This document shows positions 60,501 to 64,000 of a DNA stretch of 64,000 nucleotides, piece by piece; the first letter of the stretch is position 1; each line of letters begins with the position of its first letter. Source of the DNA: Selaginella moellendorffii (taxonomy: Eukaryota; Plantae; Lycopodiophyta); NCBI RefSeq assembly GCF_000143415.4, contig NW_003314273.1, positions 62,001-126,000 of the forward strand. Reading direction: 5' to 3'. The position numbers and the translations under genes were made by a program. A model generated the notes under the pieces. That model saw nothing but the letters and a program-made list of their open reading frames with translations, had not been told where the DNA came from and made no database searches.

Positions 60501-60959
60501 GCGCGGCAGCGATCCAAGCCCTGGCGGGAGCTCGCCCGAGAAGAGATTGACGGCGATGTCCAGCACGGTGAGATTGGAGAGCTCGGCGATGGCAGGGGGC
60601 AAGGGACCCGAGAGGGCGTTGTCCGAGAGATTGAGGAAGGAGAGGGAGGAGAGGCGGCCGAGGTGGGAGGAGAGCGATCCGGAGAGGTTCTTGGAGTGGA
60701 GATCGAGCGAGGTCACGGGGCCGGCGGCGGTGGAGCAAGTGACGCCGCTCCATTGGCAGTGGCTGGCGGCGACGCCGCTAGAGGGATCCGACCACCAGTC
60801 TTGGAGGAGCTTGGCCGGGTCCATGGATTCCGCCAGGGACTTGAGGATGGAGGCCTCGTCGGTTGGATCGTCCGCGCGCGCTGGCAGGAGGAGGATCGAG
60901 AATGCCATCGCCAAGAGCACATTGTCTTGGATGTGATTCTTCTTCTTCTTCTTCTCCAT
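57546..60959 (-). CDS. LRR receptor-like kinase, subclass XI, PXY/TDR-like (intron 57974-58261)
   Basis: Signal peptide, HCQWSGVTC cap, ~21 LRRs, SSFSGNPGLCG, TM helix, WKLTAFQRL juxtamembrane motif, kinase HRDVKSSN/DFG/GYIPPEY; single conserved kinase intron. Confidence 0.92.
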
Positions 60960-61496
60960 AGCTATGGTGTGCTTTCCTTGCTCTAAGATCACTAGCTAAA
61001 AATTCTTGGAGTGGAAGATCACAAACAAGCTCTTCTCTAGCTAGCTGCTAGCTATAGCTCATGCTCTTCTCCTTGATTTCATTCACTAGGAACTTTTGGA
61101 AGAGATTTCCTTAGAATCTATGAACTTCTGTGAGGTGATGTTGTGAGGACTTATTCTTGCACTCAACTTGGTGGATCTTCCAGGAGCTGCATTTCAAGAG
61201 ATTTTGAGAAGGCTATTCCAACTTTGCTGGGAGCAGAAGTTTAATCTATCTATTATGCCTGCCTATCCTGTTCTTGTGGATCATGAGCCAAAAATTCTCT
61301 TTAGACTACCTAGCTCATGCTGCTGCTACACTACTTCTTCCACTCTATACTATGTTCTTCCTTTCCAAATAAAACTATTACTTTGTTTGGTAGCCTTGGC
61401 CCAGCATGTTGCTAGGCTCAGTTCTTTTCAATTTTAAAAATTTGGATTACTTGTTTCTGTAATCTGGAAACCAAGTGTCTGAAAAACCACTTCTTG

Positions 61497-61592
61497 ATCA
61501 ACTCAAGAACTTAAGATTTCAGATATGCTTGTGTAATCTGAACATTTGCCGATCAACTCAAGAACTTCAGATTTCAAATATGCTTGTGTAAT
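61497..61592. repeat. Direct repeat (~43 bp, 2 copies) upstream of the LRR-RLK
   Basis: gatcaactcaagaactt(a/c)agatttca(g/a)atatgcttgtgtaatc occurs twice. Confidence 0.85.
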
Positions 61593-63501
61593 CGGAAATC
61601 AAGTCTTGTAAAGCCTCTTCTCTCTCTTCACAGTACAATCTCCCAGATGCCATGACAAGTCATTCGAATAAAATCTAAACAATTATTTGTACTAATCACC
61701 ACACAGTCAACCTGGGAAGTGAGACTATGGGTTAAACAAATGTAAAACCATTGCCTCGTTAATCCCGTATGATCCCACACGAGCGCACGAGGACAAACAA
61801 AAAGAATCACGGGCCAGCGTAGTTTAATCGTATTACAAAACAATTGGCTTGATCTCGCCATTTATTCTAGAAAATTGAGGGGTCCCGTGTACCATGTAAC
61901 GATGATCTTCTTCTTGGCTTATAGAAAACTCGTTTTATGCCTCCCTTTGGTGTTTGCGATGGAGGAATGAGAGCTCCAGAAATCTTGGCATGATCTCCGT
62001 TGAGATATTCCATTCGGTCCCTGCTTCCCGTTTGTTTTGAGCTTTCACTCCGAATAGAGCCCACCGTCGCTTTGGATTGGGATTTGTTTTGGCTGATCGA
62101 TACACAGGAGCGCAGCGCACAGATCAGATCGCAAACTTCGACGAGAAAAGGAGAGCGATGTGGCTGGCTAGCTGGCGAGCTGTTCAGGCTCATCACACCA
62201 CTGCTGGCCATTATCATCGCACCTCTCTACTGCCTTTCGCTGAAATCGAGAGCAAAGAATGGGAGCAGCGTGAGAGAGTGTGCGTTGAAATAAGAAAGAA
62301 AAACAAAGAGAAAGAAACCATACCTTTGAACACTCCCCGAAATCACCAAAGCGCCTGAGTACAACACAATCAATGTCTTTGTCTCGAATCGATAATTGAC
62401 TTTACTTTGTTGTTCGATCACACCTGAAAACAACGGCTTAGTGCCGGTGGTCCTGCCTGTGTTAGACAACTTAAATCGGGCCAGCACTTACTTCCTGTTT
62501 TCTATCTTTTGTTAGTGATGAATAGTCGCAGCAGCAGCAGCAGCAGCAGAAGAAGTGTTGTTTGCATCGCCACCATTTGTTTATTGTTTCTCTTGGTACT
62601 TTGTCATTCTTCGGAAATGGACGAAACGACTTGGCAGCGAGCGCCGAGAGAGAGGCCCCTCCATTTCTTTAATGTTGGAGATGAAATGCATGAATCATTC
62701 GCGGTGAGGTAGCTGTCGCATTCCCCACCACCTTCGGATGGTTTTATCTTGTCCCATATTTGCGAGGATTCGCCCGCAACGGCATCCGGATGGCTGGCAT
62801 GGCATCTCAAGCTCATAGCTTTTTCGTTGTTTCGTAGCTCGCTCCCTCCACCCAAAAGATGAATTGCCTGCGCGGTAGAAGAGTGTCAGACCACAAGGAT
62901 GACAGCAAACGCGACACAAGCATGCGATGGAACTCATCTCTGTCTCGTTGTAAGTTAGCGCTGTCCTGCGGCGAAGATTCGACCAATCAAGCGCGAGCTA
63001 CTTACTGCCTCGGCCTTTACCGAATCCGCCAAGTAGTCCGCTGGGAGTGAAACTCCTCTCCGTCGTCACTCACTCATGAGAAGGCAGTGAGCTTAGAACA
63101 AAGAGAAAAGATAGAAAGTGCTACTTACTTGACAGCTGCGTTAATAGCTTGTATAGCCACGGAATCGAAGATCTTTCTGACAGAAAAGAGACCGCAAAAA
63201 AAAAAAAAAAAAAAAAAAAACAGAAAGAGAGGAGCGAAAAGACTCGTGAAAACAAAAGATGCACTGGAAAAAGCAACACGGATGGATGGCTCAAGTCGGT
63301 GGTGCTGGTAGCTCTCCTCACTCTGCGAGCGTTTCTATCTTAAATTCGTGCAAGCCAGGCTAGTAGAGATCCAAGAGAGCTGCCAAAGTAGCTTTCAGTC
63401 AGTGGAATACGACGTAAAGATAAGGATACACCGTGCGCATCGCAGCTAGGCCAGGCCACTGTAACTTGTAAGTATAAGGCCATTAGCTTAGCGTTGCCAC
63501 G

Positions 63502-64000
63502 CTACCAAACTTTGTTTGCAATGACGAGCCTGATGATCTCTTTTAACGTTTCCTGCACAGAATGAAATAAATACCAGTGTCCAAGAAGTAATAGAGCATA
63601 GATGTACCTGGGAGTGATCTTTCAATCCAAGAGACAAAACCAATGACCGCGAAGAGCCAGAGTTGCTGCCAAGAGGATTAAGATTGCTAGCATTAACACA
63701 GACTGCACAGGGAACTATGGAGATCGTTATGTACCTTATGAGCTCTATAAGCTGTCGAGCACATGCAACCAGTAGAGGCTGCAAGCAATGCAGAAGCTGA
63801 GTTCTAGAAAGAATTATGAGCTTCTGTACCTCATCTCGCCGGCCCATGAGAACGTTCACGCTGTAAGAGAGCTCCCCGCATTCGCCTTCCTCCTTCCTGC
63901 GTGGAAATATGAGAATATCAGACTGCGCGCACTGAAAGATCCAGAAAGCATGTTGGACGCTGTAGAAGCATCAGTAATTGAATCCTAGAATATAAGGCAC
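63502..64000 (-). CDS. PAC3: Proteasome assembly chaperone 3 (PAC3/PSMG3), last four exons; 5' end outside window
   Basis: Spliced: KEEGECGELSYSVNVLMGRRDE|PLLVACARQLIELIS|NSGSSRSLVLSLGLKDHSQ|ETLKEIIRLVIANKVW*. Confidence 0.85.

Noticed and set aside
63100-63345. miR156/529-like sequence (TGACAGAAAAGAG) and partial complementarity
   Set aside because: The match is short and I could not find a convincing precursor hairpin.
63788-63988. 66-aa plus-strand ORF
   Set aside because: Antisense to the PAC3 exons.

Overview
Eukaryotic land-plant genomic DNA, most likely a lycophyte such as Selaginella. This is an inference from ~45-60 nt introns, very tight gene spacing, intronless PLS-class PPR genes, a ciliary kinesin-2 and a Tat-type retroelement with RNase H ahead of RT. 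1-14.2 kb is a dense gene block: kinesin-2, stomatin/SPFH, a plastid-targeted YchJ-like protein, an uncharacterised protein, two PPRs, an SDR and two BAHD acyltransferases. 14.2-56.6 kb is a nest of decayed Ty3/gypsy elements, a TRIM, solo LTRs and a MULE remnant. It also holds two tau GST genes, a GST pseudogene and an RLCK kinase pseudogene split by a ~12 kb inversion. 57.5-64 kb holds a PXY/TDR-like LRR receptor kinase and the 3' end of PAC3. The most unusual observation is a chromovirus-type pol (RT-RH-INT-chromodomain, 47965-50830) whose integrase is interrupted by two short GT-AG spliceosomal-type introns; removing them restores the YHPxTDGQTE and GPY/F motifs exactly. Also notable: LTRs carrying a 5S rRNA internal-promoter fragment (Cassandra-like), two nested inversions with readable breakpoints, and a tandem-array/G-tract module shared between LTR families. 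All calls come from reading the sequence by eye; no searches were run.
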